From positions 248,001 through 312,000 of the forward strand of contig NW_026948158.1 in assembly GCF_963921235.1 (NCBI RefSeq): a stretch of 64,000 bases of DNA. The letters are read 5' to 3'. The number at the start of each line of letters is the position of its first letter. Positions within the stretch are counted from its first letter, which is position 1. The stretch comes from Mobula hypostoma (taxonomy: Eukaryota). The position numbers and the translations under genes were made by a program. Shown piece after piece: positions 1 through 13,479 of the stretch. The notes under the pieces are model-generated. The model was not told the DNA's origin and searched no databases. It was given only the letters and a program-made list of their open reading frames with translations.

Positions 1-1739
1 TCGGGATTAATAAAGTATATCTATCTCTCTATCTATCTGGTGGTTTTGTCTCCAGAGACTCAGAGCGGCTCACGGTCAGACGGTCCCCACGAACGACAGT
101 CTCATTTCTACGTACAATGCACAGAGATAGGTTGTCAGATCAACTTGAAACTAAGATAGGTCATTGCAAGCGTGCTGAAAACCCAGGCTAAATGGTAATT
201 CATTATTTATGACATAAAGAAGGTTAATTAAATCCTTCAATCTATTAAGTCATTAAATTACAGATTACCATTTATTTAATACGTTAGAACCACACAGGTG
301 AAGGAAAACCATACACGTGGTTTAATTGTCAGAAACTTGACAGCACACAGGATCCTCTCTGCAATTTATGACGTTCACTGTCTCCATCTCAGAGTACCTT
401 TCTGCACTAAGATCAGCACTGGACAATTTGATAATTAAAGAAATGTGCAGGTGTAAACAATTAAGACATTTTAACCCTTTATTCAGAATTCCCTTCCAGA
501 ATTAATTCACATATGCTCGTGATGTACAGCAGTAGGCTAGAGGACAGTACCAGGATTTTCTCCTAATCCAGTCATTAAGCAATACAAACAAGGAATTCTA
601 TAGTCTCGCAAAGGTAATTACTCGACCCACTTGGACAAAATCCGCCACAACGTCTGGTCCGACTACAGTTTTGTACAACTCTAACGTGACAGCACTGCCG
701 TTAACTGTGCTGGAGGCGGATACAATAGGGTGTTTTGAGAATCTTTTGGATAGGTAGATGGAGCTTAGAAAGATAGAAGGCTATGGGTAAGCCCAGTAAT
801 TTCTAAGGTAGGGACATGTTCGCCACAACGATGTGGGCCGAAGGGCCTGTATTTTGCTGTAGGTTTTCTGTGTTTCTATGTTTCTATGACATTGAAGTCG
901 TTTTTTTTTGGGGGGGGCTGATGAAGGCAAGCAAGGCACAAGACTTCTACACAACTGTGTCTCCCTGGGATGCAGAGTCACAAGGACCTCGGCTTTGTCT
1001 ATATATTTTGACTTTGTTACAGGGACTTTGTCTGTACCGAGCATTGAGAATCTGTCGCCACTAAGATCGTACTTAGTCTGTCTCTTATCGTACCATGGTG
1101 ATTCAAAATGTTTCTCAAGACGGTCCTTAAATATCTTCCTGCATCACCCCTGAGGCAGTGTGTCCCACGTTATCCTTGAAGAGCTTGCTACATGTGATCC
1201 ATAGAATTTCATGTTCATTTGTGTCCAACGTTGGACTTTTCCCCCTGGAGTACATGAGGATTTGAAGCCGATATAAAATCATGAGGGACATGGATAGAGT
1301 GAATAGACCACCGCTTTTCCAAGCACCGTGTATTTGAAAATAACAGGACAGAGAATGAAGGTGAATGCAGAAAGGTGTTAAGGGAGACGAGGGTCAATAT
1401 TTTCAGCACAGAATGTGATAGTTATGTGGAAAATATTTTCATGTCCTGTATATTGATGTGGTTATCTGATAGCATCTTTGTAATGAAAATTGCTTTAAAA
1501 TGCATTCACTGTTCTCTTTGGATTCAGCTCAGGGTATTTATACATGTGTTTGCTAACAAAGGAGACACTGCACACGTGTTCAAACAAACACTTTATTAGA
1601 ACTCGCACGATTTTAATACAGAAATCAAAAAACAAATGTCAATGGTAGTAGCAGTACCGACATCAAAATAATCCTTATCATCTTCTAAAGAATCCGATCT
1701 CAGTTTTAAAGGATGGTAAAGAACAGAAAATTTCACGCA

Positions 1740-2144
1740 GCCTGTTCTCTCTCCTTTTCTCGTTCTGTCTCTCTCACCCTCTCCAGCTCACTACGCCTCC
1801 TTCTGTCCCCCTCCCTCTTGCTCACCCTCTCTCGCACCCTCTCCATCTCCCTCACTCTCGCGTCATCTCCCTGACGCCTTCTCCGTCGCGTCTTCCCCTT
1901 CAGACCCCCTCCTCACTCCTTCTCACTCGCGCCGCCCTGTCCCACACGCCCTTTTCCTCATGTACTCTCTCGCGCGCCCTCTTCCTTTCTCGCAATGTCT
2001 CATTCGCTCTCTACTTTGTGCCCTTAGCGCTGGCACTCTCTCCTTCGCCATGTTTCATTCGTTCTCAATATCACTCTCTCTCTCTATTTCTCACGCTCTC
2101 TATTGCTCCCTCTCGCTCTATTTCTCCCTTTCTCTCTCCTTCAC

Positions 2145-2204
<60 letters not shown>

Positions 2205-2460
2205 TCTCTGTCTTTTTCCTCTCTCCCTGTCGATGTCTTCTCTCGCTCTCTTTCGCACTCACCCTCGCTCGCGCCCTCTCCCTCGCCCTCACTCGCGCGT
2301 CATCACCCTGGCGCCCCTCGCGTCCCCTTTCTCGCGATGTCTCATTCGTTCTCTGTCTTTTGCGCCCTCAGTTCTCACTCATTCCTTTGCGCTCCTTCTC
2401 TGTCTCTGTCTCTCCCTCTCTTTCTCCCTCCTCCTCCCCCTCTCTCTCTCTCACTCTCTA
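1740..2460. repeat. Pyrimidine-rich low-complexity tract with (CT)n microsatellite core (~2148-2197)
   Basis: Directly visible. It generates the spurious SLSL/RERE ORFs. Confidence 0.95.
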
Positions 2461-2809
2461 TGACAGGGCTAAAACGGAACGCTACGGTACTTAGTCTTCA
2501 ATTGTACAACAGTTGAAATGCTCTTACAGGATGATAGTTCAAGGTGGAATAGAGAAGGAGTAGCTACAGCTCGAGAAAGAGAAGGAAAACGAGGGTGAAG
2601 GAAAGGACGGGTTACGACCAGAGCAGGAATGGTTGATACAGACGAAAACATACTCCAAGAACAGTCAGAATCGGGAAGCAGAGGTAACAGGTCCGCCTGA
2701 AGCTTCATTTTAACGTGCTGGGATCTGAAGTGCAAAGGGGATTTCTTTGGGATGGTGAGGCCGATGATGACGTCGAGATCAGCTGTAAGCAGCTGTTATG
2801 TAACTCTAA

Positions 2810-3050
2810 AGCAAAACACACAAAATGGAAAAGAGTAAACAGTTGACAGGACTCTGATGAAGGGTCCCGGTCGGAAATATCGAGAGTGTACACTTTTCCA
2901 CAGATGCTGCCTGGTCTGCTGAGATCCTCCGGGAGTTTGTGTCAGGAGAAGAGTGAGCAGTCGACGTTTCGGGCCAAGACCTTTCATCACGATCTGATTT
3001 TGTATATGTTGATTTGTATTCGAGCATCTGCAGATCCTGTCGTGTTTGTT
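2810..3050. mobile_element. Penelope-terminus-derived repeats in opposite orientations, with decayed hammerhead motifs
   Basis: CTGATGAAGGGTCCCGGTCGGAAA (+, 2854-2877) and the reverse complement of GTGATGAAAGGTCTTGGCCCGAAACGTCGACT (-, 2959-2990), flanking a GATGCTGCCTGG..TGCTGAG core. Confidence 0.7.
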
Positions 3051-3157
3051 TTGTAACTCCGTTCATCACAATGTTTCCATTTACGGACTAGTGGGGGTTT
3101 AGAAAAGGGAGCATGAAGGCAGCTGAATTGTAATACTTCACACTTCAGCATTTATTT

Positions 3158-4059
3158 CTAACGTTTCATGAGTGTCAAAATCCGATTTAGTGGGTATTTT
3201 GCCGCATTTTCTAGTTCCTCTCGGAATTTGCTCTGAGTCAGGGCGTAAATACAAGTGTTGGTGCAGGAACTGAGAATCTGCAGCATTTCCGATGTCACTT
3301 CTGTGATGTAGCGTGGATCGGTGAAAGGAAATACAAAACTCATTGAAATCCGTCTATAGATAGAAAATACCACCGTTGTTCCCCACAACAATATGAAACT
3401 ACCGGTTATGCTGAAGAGCAAAACGATGGATTTGCGTCGGTTCTCCATCTCCCGGTCCTTGTCATTCTCTCCACTCTTTTGTCCCCGGAGCCCCCTGCGG
3501 GCTCGACTGGCCGCTAGAATCCGCCTGACAGTCAGAATATTGAACAGTAAAATCAGAAAGAATGGGACACAAGGGGTTAAAATGAGGTGAAACATCTCAA
3601 ATGCCGCCCACGAGGGAGAGTTTGTAAAGCTCGGTGAAAGAACACAATACCAGGGAACACCATCAATTATTTTTCTTGGTCCGTATACAAAGTACCGGGG
3701 AAGAGTCTCGAAAGAGGCCAACACACTCACTGTCCCGATAACCACAGCCGCCGTTCTCTCGGTGCAATGTTTTGTTTTCAGCTTCTCACAGCAAATAGCC
3801 ACAAATCGATCGACGGTGAAAGCGACAGTCAGCCAGACTGAGGCCGCAGTGCTCGCAAAAATCAACCATCCATCAAGACTGCACACAGGAGAGATGAAGA
3901 GGAATGATTGGGGAAAATAAATCAGAGCAGTCCACCTAAGCAGCGGATCGGAGATAACGACCAGGAGATCGGCCGCTGCCATTCCCACCAGGTAGCGAGT
4001 GACACATTTGGAGAGACCGCACTTTCCCCGGGACAGGATCACAATCGCCACCAAGTTCG
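3158..4059 (-). CDS. GPR139-like class A orphan GPCR, coding exon 2
   Basis: 7TM ORF with ANLVAIVILSRG (end of TM1), MAAADLLVV (TM2), FTVDRFVAIC (DRY variant) and SCTNTCIYALT (NPxxY variant). Begins after a polypyrimidine tract and acceptor, ttccctgtctctctaccAG|CG AAC TTG. The ORF-track start at 4084 is intronic. AATAAA lies just after the stop (3151-3156, minus). Confidence 0.92.
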
Positions 4060-5433
4060 CTGGTAGAGAGACAGGGAACAGCAAGTTGAGAAAATACTGA
4101 GCAGAAGCCGATGCTGCAGCTTGAGGGGATCCTGTAATATTTCCACTTTATTGTTACATTTAGCGGTGGGAGAGTCGAGAGAGGGCGCAGAGCTGGGGGG
4201 ACGGAGAATAAGTTTACACAGTAAAATAAATTCAATATCATCTGAATACGGATTACTTACTGATGACTGAAACGTGAAGTGGCAGCGGAAAGCTAAAACT
4301 GAGTAACTGCCTCCTCAGAGTCAATACTGGACGGAATATTTTCTACCGGCACCTTCCGCGTCTCGTCTGGATGAAATGGATAAGTCTTCATGCTGAATTC
4401 CATTCGATAATCATCAACTTCCATGGCGATAACTGTCAGCGACAGGACAGCCGAAGTTCGGAACTAAAACACAAAATGCTTATCCAGGCAAAACAGAATA
4501 TGCGGAAAAACATTTGAAGTTTCTTTCCTCGGAACTGTTCTCAGAGAGACCCCTGACACAAGTGTTAACTGTTTTCTCTTTCCATACAGGCTGCTCGGGG
4601 CTTAGTGTTTCCAGCATCCCCATGTTTGTTTCCTATTCCAGCATTTGCCACGTCACTGACTTTACAACAGAAGATTGACGGATTCCAACAGAGACAGCGC
4701 AGTCTGACACAGCCTCACAGACAGACATGACGCCCCCCACCCAATACCTCACAGGGAAGCAGGGCATAGGAATTCAACGTCCAGCAGTAAACTGATTGCC
4801 GTAGTCAGATGTCTCTAACGGTATCAGATGTAGATGCAATAGGATACATTTCACAGTATGGATAAGTATGAAGCACCACTTCAGTTCTGTTAATTGGCTC
4901 AGCACCGACTTCATTGTGTTGTCCATCAACTGCTTTATATTCAGTCATATCACAGACATTCATTAAAAGTGCAGAATAGTTTCGTTCTACAACACGGAAC
5001 AGCTCACATTTGCTAACGTGTTACTGCAAGTAAATGCTTTGATTGTTGCGCCTCCCGCAGAAAAACCTTCACATAGAAATGCAGATAATCTGTTGGTACA
5101 ACCTCCTGTATAAACACAATATTTGCAAATACGGTGCAGCTGCTGCGGGACCAAAAGCACAGAGACACTAACATCCTGCTATTGATCACAAACCGCTGCA
5201 AGAACGCTGCCTGACCCGCTCAGTCCCACAGAAATTGGCCGATTCGCTGAATTCTTGCAGTGGTTTGATTTTAGATCCAAATCCCAACATCTATATTCCC
5301 GGTGTTTCCATTCCATTCCTGAAATGCGGAATACCGGGAATGGCATATTACAGTTTAAACCAGCGGCAGAATCAATCACAACTTTGGAATTAAACTTCTT
5401 CATCCACCTACGGCAACTGACACTGCGGCTTAC

Positions 5434-5503
5434 CGGGAATTCCAAAGGCTGAAATAAAAGGATAGTAAACGTCTTCTATCCGCCAGATGACTGGATACAC
5501 CAT
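5434..5503 (-). CDS. GPR139-like GPCR, coding exon 1 (MVYPVIWRIEDVYYPFISAFGIP)
   Basis: ATG at 5503, 23 codons plus 1 nt, then a GTAAG donor. Joins in phase 1 (G|CG = Ala) to exon 2, giving 323 aa. The YYP..SAFGIP-ANL pattern is typical of the TM1 start in this family. Confidence 0.88.
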
Positions 5504-5947
5504 TTCAGTGAGAATCTGTGATTTATTTTGCTCCTGTATTCAGAGCTCTAGCAGACACCTGATGCTTTTAAAGCGGTCTTGATTTATACAGAGGATCTGT
5601 CTCCAGAGATCCGGTTATACACCTCACTAACTTTCTTAGATACAGTTACTTGAACAAACAGTTTAATTCAATACCATTTTCTCTAATGTAAGTATTGGGA
5701 CGATTGGAGAGAAGTACATCAAAATTATTTGGCATTACCTCAGCAGTCTTTCTGTTGGAAATTGGCTGGTAGATTTAATTTCAAAGACTGAGCTTTGTCA
5801 CGAAGCTGCTACATTTACAAATTTCAGCTTTTTGTTGTCTAATTATTCATCTCTGAATGGAGACCAGCGACACTGACCGATCCCTGCCTCTGTCCCTGCA
5901 GTTTCCCATTTTGGACTGTCCTTCAGTCCTTCAGCTTCTTCCTGGTC

Positions 5948-5958
5948 ACACACACTCA

Positions 5959-5992
<34 letters not shown>
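5948..5992. repeat. (CA)n microsatellite
   Basis: Directly visible. Confidence 0.95.
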
Positions 5993-5996
<4 letters not shown>

Positions 5997-5999
5997 TCA

Positions 6000-6835
6000 T
6001 TGCAGATGCAATTTAATGTGGATAAATGTGAGGTTATCCACGTTGGTGGCAAGAACAGGAAAACAGATTATTATCTGAATGGTGGCCGATTAGGAAAAGG
6101 TGAGGTGCAACGAGACCTGGGTGTCATTGTACACCAGTCATTGAAAGTTGGCATGCAGGTACAGCAGCGTTGAAAAAGGCGAATGGTATTGCGACATTCA
6201 TAACAAGAGGATTCGAGTACAGGAGCAGGGAAGTACTACTGCAGTTGTATAAGGCCTTGGTGAGACCACACCTGGAGTATTGTGTGCAGTTTTGGTCCCC
6301 TAATCTGAGGAAAGAAGACATCCTTGCCATAGAAGGAGTACAAAGAAGGTTCACCAGATTGATTCCTGGGATGGCAGGACTTTCATATGATAAAAGATTG
6401 GATCGACTAGGCTTATACTCTCTGGAATTTAGAAGATTGAGGGGGGATCTTATTGAAACCTATAAAATCCTAAAGGGATTGGACAGGCTAGTTGCAGGAA
6501 GATTGTTCCCGATGTTGGGGAAGTCCAGAACGAGGGGTCATAGTTTGAGGATAAAGGGGATGCTTTTAGGACCGAGATGAGAGAAAAAAAAAACTTCTTC
6601 ACACATAGAGTGTTGAATCTGTGGAATTTTCTGCCACATGAAACAGTTGAGGCCAGTTCATTGGCTATATTTAAGAGGGAGTTAGATATGGCCCTTGTGG
6701 CTAAAGGGATCAGGGGGTATGGAGAGAAGGCAGGTATAGGGTTCGGAGTTGGATAATCAGCCATGATCATACTGAATGGCGGTGCAGGCTCGAGGGGCAG
6801 AATGGCCTACTGTTTCACCTATTTTCTATGTTTCT
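6000..6835 (+). mobile_element. CR1-type LINE, 3' fragment
   Basis: LYKALVRPHLEYCVQFWSP...RLRGDLIETYKI (ORF2 C-terminus), followed by the 3' UTR and (tttctatg)n tail. Confidence 0.9.
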
Positions 6836-6924
6836 ATATTTCAATTCCTCCTGTTTTCGGCATCCAGCTCCTTTGTTTTTGCGACTTTAAGGGCGAGGTT
6901 GTTTTCATTGATACCACTGTGTCA

Positions 6925-7290
6925 GAGAGATGACTTACTCCCTGTAGGCCACCTTGTTATTGTTTGAGATTAGGCCAATCAATGTAGTGTCGTCGGCGAA
7001 TTTAATTAGCAGATTGGAGCTGTGAATGGCGGTACAGTCATGGGTATACAGGGAGTAAAGGAAGGGACTTAGTAAGCAGCCCTGAGGGGCTCCTGTATTG
7101 AGAGCCAGAGGGTTAGAGATGAGGGAGCCCTCTCTTACAACATGCAGAACTGTAGTCCAAGAACAGAATTCTCACATAAGTATCCTTCTTCTCATTACAA
7201 ATTACTATAAATTACACATTGTACATTTAGACGAAGACGCGACGTAAAGGGTCGTACTCCTCATGTGAAGGATACAAGAAATAAAGTCAA
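6925..7290 (-). mobile_element. L2/Rex-type LINE fragment
   Basis: Minus-strand ...KFADDTTLIGLI-like RT segment and an attcaattc tail shared with other copies in the window. Confidence 0.6.
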
Positions 7291-7299
7291 TTACATTCA

Positions 7300-8010
7300 A
7301 TTCAATTTGTTGTTTGCGCTTTTTATGAATGGTTTGGATGTGACAGTAGAAGGCATACTTAGTTTGCAAATGATACTAAAACAAGCAGAGTGTAGATCGT
7401 GTAGGTAGCGATATAAAAGTACAAAGGGATCATTTAGCAGAGTGTGCTGCGGAATCGCAAATGGCCTTCAATCCAGATAAATGTGAAGCACAGCATTTCG
7501 GGCAATGAAACCAGTGTACGATTTATAAAGGCTGGAGCCTTGGCGAGTGTTATGGAACAGAGGGGCATAGGAGCGCAAGTGCATAGTCCAATGAAAGCAG
7601 CATCACAGGTAGATAGCGTGATGAAGATTTGGTTTAGCCGAAAGCCTTCATCAGTCAGGGCGCTGAGTGAATAAACGAATAAGGAATTTTGTTGCAATTA
7701 TGTAACACGTGACTGAGATGTTTCTGACAGTATTCTGTATATATGTCTTCATTCCTTTATAGAAATGTTGGTATTAAATTATAAAACAATGCAGGACAGA
7801 TTCACCAGGTTGTTGCTGGAATTGTGGGCCTTAATTAAAAGAAATTTGCATATGCCCTGGAATGTAGATCGATGAATGATTCGATACATGTATATAAGAT
7901 CACGAGTGGCATGGATAATGTGAAGCTTAGTTGTTTCCCCGGGATTGGGATGATTAAAAATAAAAGGGCATTGGTTTGACAACAGAGCTGGGAGATTTTA
8001 AAGTTTTAAA
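7300..8010 (+). mobile_element. Highly decayed CR1 LINE fragment
   Basis: Degenerate FANDTK and QVD.V.K motifs. Confidence 0.55.
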
Positions 8011-8291
8011 AATTAGAAGATTCAATCAGATTGCCTTTGTGTATAACAATTAGAGATGGAATTTTTTGCACGCGTCCAGGAGAGCTTTCTGTGCCAGGAC
8101 ATAAATTGTCTCCCCGGATATTTGGCAGGAGGTGGGGTAAAGTGGAAGCGGACGAGCACTTTGGAACTCGTCAGCAGAGAACACAGGATGTTTCAAGTTA
8201 GTTCGGAATACGGATATATTTAGTCTGGAAATAAAAGCCACTGTCATTAATTTCATCATCATAGACAGGATCTGTGGATAGAGAGAAGTTA

Positions 8292-9916
8292 TACTACCTT
8301 GACAAAGTTTTCAGCCCCAATCCTTTGTTCATGTAAATGAGTATTACAACTAAGGATTTTGATCAATTTAATTCAGTATCTTTATTTACGAGTCATATGC
8401 TCTTTGTTTTCAAATTTCAGCATATGAATCCGGGAAAGTTTTGAAGCATGAAAACCTGAAAAAAAATGATTATAACTGGAATGTTAGCAGTTTAAAAGTA
8501 TTCACACACATTTGCTCAGTGCCTAGTTGAGTCACCTGTCATAGATAGTAGAGCCAGTAATCATTTTGGATACTTTTTTCTTAGCTCTATACAACTTGAT
8601 GAAGCAAGACTTGTCCATTCTTCCTTACCGAAGCTGTGCTGGATTAGATGGGGAGCGCCGGTGGACAAAACTCCTGAGGTCTTGCCATAAATGTTTGATT
8701 GGTTTACCGTCAGATCTCTGACTAGACCAGTGAAAGATATCAATTTTCATCATTTGAAGCCACTCCATGGTGGATTTGGCCATGCTCTTCGGGTTGTTCT
8801 GCTATAAGGCAAACTTCCTCCCCAGCTTAAGCTTTCGAGCATTTCTATAAAGATCTCTCTGTATTTCTCAGCATTCATTTTCCCATTAATCCTGACTAGA
8901 TTTCCATTACTTGAATGTATTCCATAGCATGATGCTATCTCCACTCTACCTTACAGTGGACATGGTATAACCTTGCTGATGTGCAGTATTAGATTTACAC
9001 CACCAACAAACCTTAGATTGAGGCCACGAAGTTCCACTTTAGTCTCATCCGACCACCATACCTTGTTACCCAGTTTTACTGTATCCTCGAAATGATGTTT
9101 TATGAAGTGTTTATGGACAAGGGTACAGTGTAAGTTTTTTTTTAAGCCAACTGTTCTACCTTGCCATTCTTCCTCAAAAACCCTATTTGTGAAAACACTT
9201 AGACGTTTTGGAACCAGGAAAATAATCTCCAGCTGCAGCCACTGACTTCTGCAAGTCACTCCGAGTGACTGTTACTGTCACAGTAGCCTCACTTACAAGA
9301 GCTATTCTCCTCCAGTGACTATGTTTAGAAGGGTGCCTGACCTCGGTAACTTCGCAGTGATTTCATGCATCATATTTTCCCACTCTTCTTACATTCGGCT
9401 GTAGTAAATTCTGAGGTATTTTCAATGCGTTTGGGATGATCTTGTACCTTTCCTCAAAAATTTGTGCTTCTCTGTGATTATTTCTCTGACTTGTCTTGAA
9501 AGTTCTTTTATCTTCAATTTGGTTTGGTCAGTTGCATATCTACCGTACTCTTTGACCTTCCAAAGAAAGGTGTACTAATTATTCAGAATTCATTGAAAAC
9601 AGGCGATCCTCCAGTTTTCAATATCAACAAATTAGGTGAGTTGTTAAGTTAAATCAGGATATTGCATCTAAGGAAAGTTTACTTTTTAAGGATTGTTTTT
9701 TTTTGAGTCTTGAATACTTTTTTAAGAATCAAGATTTCGGTTTTAACTTTGTTTGAATATTTGACAGGTTATGTTTTTTTTTCTTTTGATTTGACATGAT
9801 GGACAGTGTTTTGTAGATTAGCTCAGAAATCCTACTTTAATGTAATTTAAACTTAGAAAATGAGACATTAAATGTGAAAATTGTTGTGAGGCTGAATACA
9901 TTTTTCAGGCACTGTA
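8292..9916 (-). mobile_element. Decayed Tc1-like DNA transposon
   Basis: Transposase fragments KVWWSDETKVEL and GNLVRINGKMNAEKYREI; right end GGCACTG-TA with a degenerate matching left end. About 1.6 kb with many frameshifts. Confidence 0.85.
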
Positions 9917-10249
9917 CCTGCAGATAAACCTACATGAGTCACGTCAGCGTGAAGGACTGAGAGTTCAGCATCACCGTATGCCTGTATGTAGGATGGACAA
10001 GGACAGCACATCCAGGGAACTCTGAAGGTCAAGGTGTATTAAGTGATTAACTGAAAAAAAAAATATGTTGCAGGGAAAGTACAGCGAAAATTGGAGAGGT
10101 CTTTCAATGGCATCAAGAGTGTACAGAAAAAAAAAGACATCAACAGGGCAACCCAAGTCACAAATTATCAGTGGCAACTAAGATAAAGGACATTATTAAT
10201 AATTACATTAATATAAGTACAGTATATTAATAAGAGTTTTATGTCGAAT

Positions 10250-10920
10250 AAACTTCTCAACCTTCCAGCGGGTACAGGGGGTAAAGGTATCAATTAAAAG
10301 TGATGTATCGATGACCAAATCTGCCATCGTCTTTAGGCATGATGCCTGGACATATCTAATCTGATAGTACAGTATTTATACATTGGTGATCAGCTCTTCC
10401 TGTTTGGTTGGTCCTCGTCCTATCAGGTTTTAACTCTCCTACATTACAATCGACTTCCAGTTCTTAATTCTAGCGCGACGTTCGGCTTTGTTATTTTTTC
10501 CTTCTTCTAGTTTTATATCAATGGCATCCTTTAACAGTCGGTCCCAAAAAAACATTTGCGCAGAACAGTCGTTTTGTGCCGTCGAACTCAATGCTATGGC
10601 CATTGCGATTACAATGTTCCACTACCGCTGATTCCTCTGGGTAACTCAAGCCGATGCGCCTCCTGTGCTCCTTGATGCAGTTTTCCACCATGCGACCCAC
10701 CTGGTCAATATATGTTGTTCCATATTCATCGCGAATCCTGTAAACGCCAGCCGACATGAGTCAGTCATGTTTGACTGTCATAAGCTGCGACTTGTGCTTC
10801 CTTAATCGGAATTTTCTTCAGCAACCTTGAGATCCTTCCAGATTCCATGGAAATATAGGGGAGAACACGTCGTTACCGTCTTTCTTCCCTATATTTCCAC
10901 AGAGTCTGGAAGGGTCGCCT
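10250..10920 (-). mobile_element. Penelope-like element fragment (GIY-YIG endonuclease)
   Basis: SAGVYRI...GTTYIDQVGR..ENCIKEH is a GIY-YIG motif; SAVVEHC..NGH follows. Confidence 0.75.
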
Positions 10921-10924
10921 GCAT

Positions 10925-12085
10925 CAAATCTCTTCTTTTTCTCCTGTCTTCTAGGGAATAAAGCTCGAACACATTCAACTTTCCCTACAACTGACGTCCT
11001 GAATTCTTGGCATCATGCTTGTAAATTTTGTCTGCACTCTTTCAATCTTACTGATAACTTTCCTCCAGATATGTGACCTGCAGAGGACACAATACCTTAC
11101 ATTAGGCGTCACAAATGTCTTACACAACTTCAACACAGCACCCCAACTTCCTTACTTTGATTTATGAAGGCGTGTGTATCAAAAGCTTTCTATAAAGCAC
11201 TCTATACTTTGTGAAGGAATTATGGATCTATTTTCCCAGACGCCTCCGTTCCACAATTCTTCGCAGTGCCCCAAGGCTCACTCAACAAGTTCTCGGCATG
11301 TTTGCACTCCCAAACACTTCATACCTGTCTGCATTAAATTCAATCTCGTATGTTTACATCCGTACCCGATGACAGTGTGAGCTTTGATAACCTTTATTAC
11401 TGTCCACTCTGTCCCCAGTCTTGGTGTCATCGGCAAATTGTTTGATCGTATTTAGCAGATTGTAATCCAGATCTTCGATATTTATTAAAAACAACAACAA
11501 AGCCAGTACCAAATTCTGCATCCTCCCATTCGTCACAAGCTTCCAGTCAGAGAGGCAGCATCTACTACCATTCTCTGGCTTAGTCAGCAAAATCAAACTG
11601 TAATGCATTTTACTACCATACCTTGAATGCCATACGACTGAACGTTCTGGAACAACAACCCATGCGGGCCCTTCTCAAAGGGCTTGCTAACGACCATGTA
11701 GACAACATCAACTGCCTTATGTTCGTCACTTTTCTTGGGATATTTCTTGGAAGTGTCTTTGATAAGTTAGCTTCCACTCCTTCCGTGCACAGAGAATATA
11801 AGAAATTCACTACTCCCTTTTATGTCCTCCAAATATTGAAGTTATGGCCCCTAGTTTTATTTTAGAAGAAGGAACATTACTGTCTCTATCTCGTCTATCC
11901 CTTTCACAATTCTGTATGTTTCTCTGAGGTTCCCTCTCATTCTTCTGAATTTCAGCATGTATAACCGCAGTCAGTTCAACCCCTGCTCATTGACAAACTC
12001 GCCATCAATATGGTCATCCTGCTCTGCAACACCAAGGAAACCAATAGTTTTCCTCAAGAGAGGAAACCAGAACAGCATGCAATAC
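10925..12085 (-). mobile_element. CR1 LINE fragments
   Basis: LLFLINIEDLD...KQFADDTK (RT motif C) and degenerate YCMLFWFP. Confidence 0.75.
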
Positions 12086-13479
12086 ACGAATTTCAAAGTC
12101 AGTTTATTATCAAAGTACAATGAATATATGTCACCATTACCACCTTGAGATTCATTTTCTTGCAAATATACACAGTGGAACAAAGAAATATCACATAATT
12201 AAAGCAAAACATGCAACGACTGAGAAACAATCAAGGAGCAAAAGACAATCTCTGCAAATACAAATAAACAAACAAAGAAATAATACTGAAGACACGAGTT
12301 AGAGACCAGTGATAGTGAGCACATGGGTTGTTCAGAGTTGACGTGAGAGAAGTTATCCCCGCAGATTCGTCCAGCCATGACCTCACCAGAACCAAAGTAA
12401 TCAACTGGAGGATCGTCTGTGAGAGGAAAGAAACAGACGTCGATTCGGGAGAGCCCCGTACTAGGGTAACGTTATTGCGAATTATTGATATTAACTGACT
12501 TCTCGCTGATAATGTTAACTATATCGGAAAAGAACAGTGAGTCTAGTGGTTGGTATGGGAGTTACTGGCTGAAAATAAATGGGGGAGGGAGAAGCTGAGG
12601 AGCTGAGACTGTCTCTGAGTCTGGCTGGTTAAGAAGCAAGTGATAGCGCTGTGTAACTCGGTTGCTGTCCACTATCCACAAAATTATGCTGTTCAAAGTT
12701 CAAAGTACATTTATAATCAATGTATATATACCATACATAATCTGGAAATTTGTCTCCATACGGACAGCTAGAAAACGGATAATCCCAATGGAACGCATTT
12801 TTAAAAAGACCATCAAATATCCAGAGTGCAGGAAAATAGAAACAAATCGCGCAAACAACAAAAACGATCAGACACCTGAAGTTCACGAGAGTGGGAGAGT
12901 GGGTCGAGGGCTGTGAAGCCAGTCATCACTGCAGCCGAGCAGCCCGTTAGTTGCAGGCCAGAGCCTCGGTTAAGTGGAGAGACGAGTAAACCTCGCTGAG
13001 CAGCCAGCTGAACCGGCCCGTCCCTTGCCTCCGGCCCCGACTCCCTGACCTGGCATTTAAATCGATCAAACCTCAGGTGTTTTCTCGCTCGCAGGCCTGG
13101 GCCCGGGCCCAGCCAACTCTACTCTGCATTGTGTCCGCTTTCTTCAGCTCAGTTCTGTCACATCGAATCAACTCCCAGTCTGCTCCAGCAATGGCCAAAC
13201 ATTAGCCCATTCCCCACATTCCCGCCCGGGCCCCGTTGCCTCGATTCGTTCCGTAAACGTCACGTACAACCGTCCTGCATCTTTAATTCTTCACTTCACA
13301 CCTCAAAAAGGCCAGGTTGTACGGGCGGTTGAAAAGCTCAGCTCCGATAGGAAAGCAATAGGCTATTGATTGCAGTGATGGTTTACTTGAAAATGTCTGA
13401 TTCATAAAGTAGTTCGTGGTTTTGTTTGATACCGATAAGTCATCGCTGTGCTTCACCAGCGCCATCTCAAACCGGAGTG

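Noticed and set aside
1960-2516. ORFs of 73-167 aa rich in SL or RE repeats
   Set aside because: Translations of the (CT)n low-complexity tract.
4060-4241. ORF-track N-terminus MLFPVSLP for the GPCR, and the overlapping 101-aa ORF
   Set aside because: This is the intron's polypyrimidine tract and acceptor. A proper exon 1 exists at 5503-5434.
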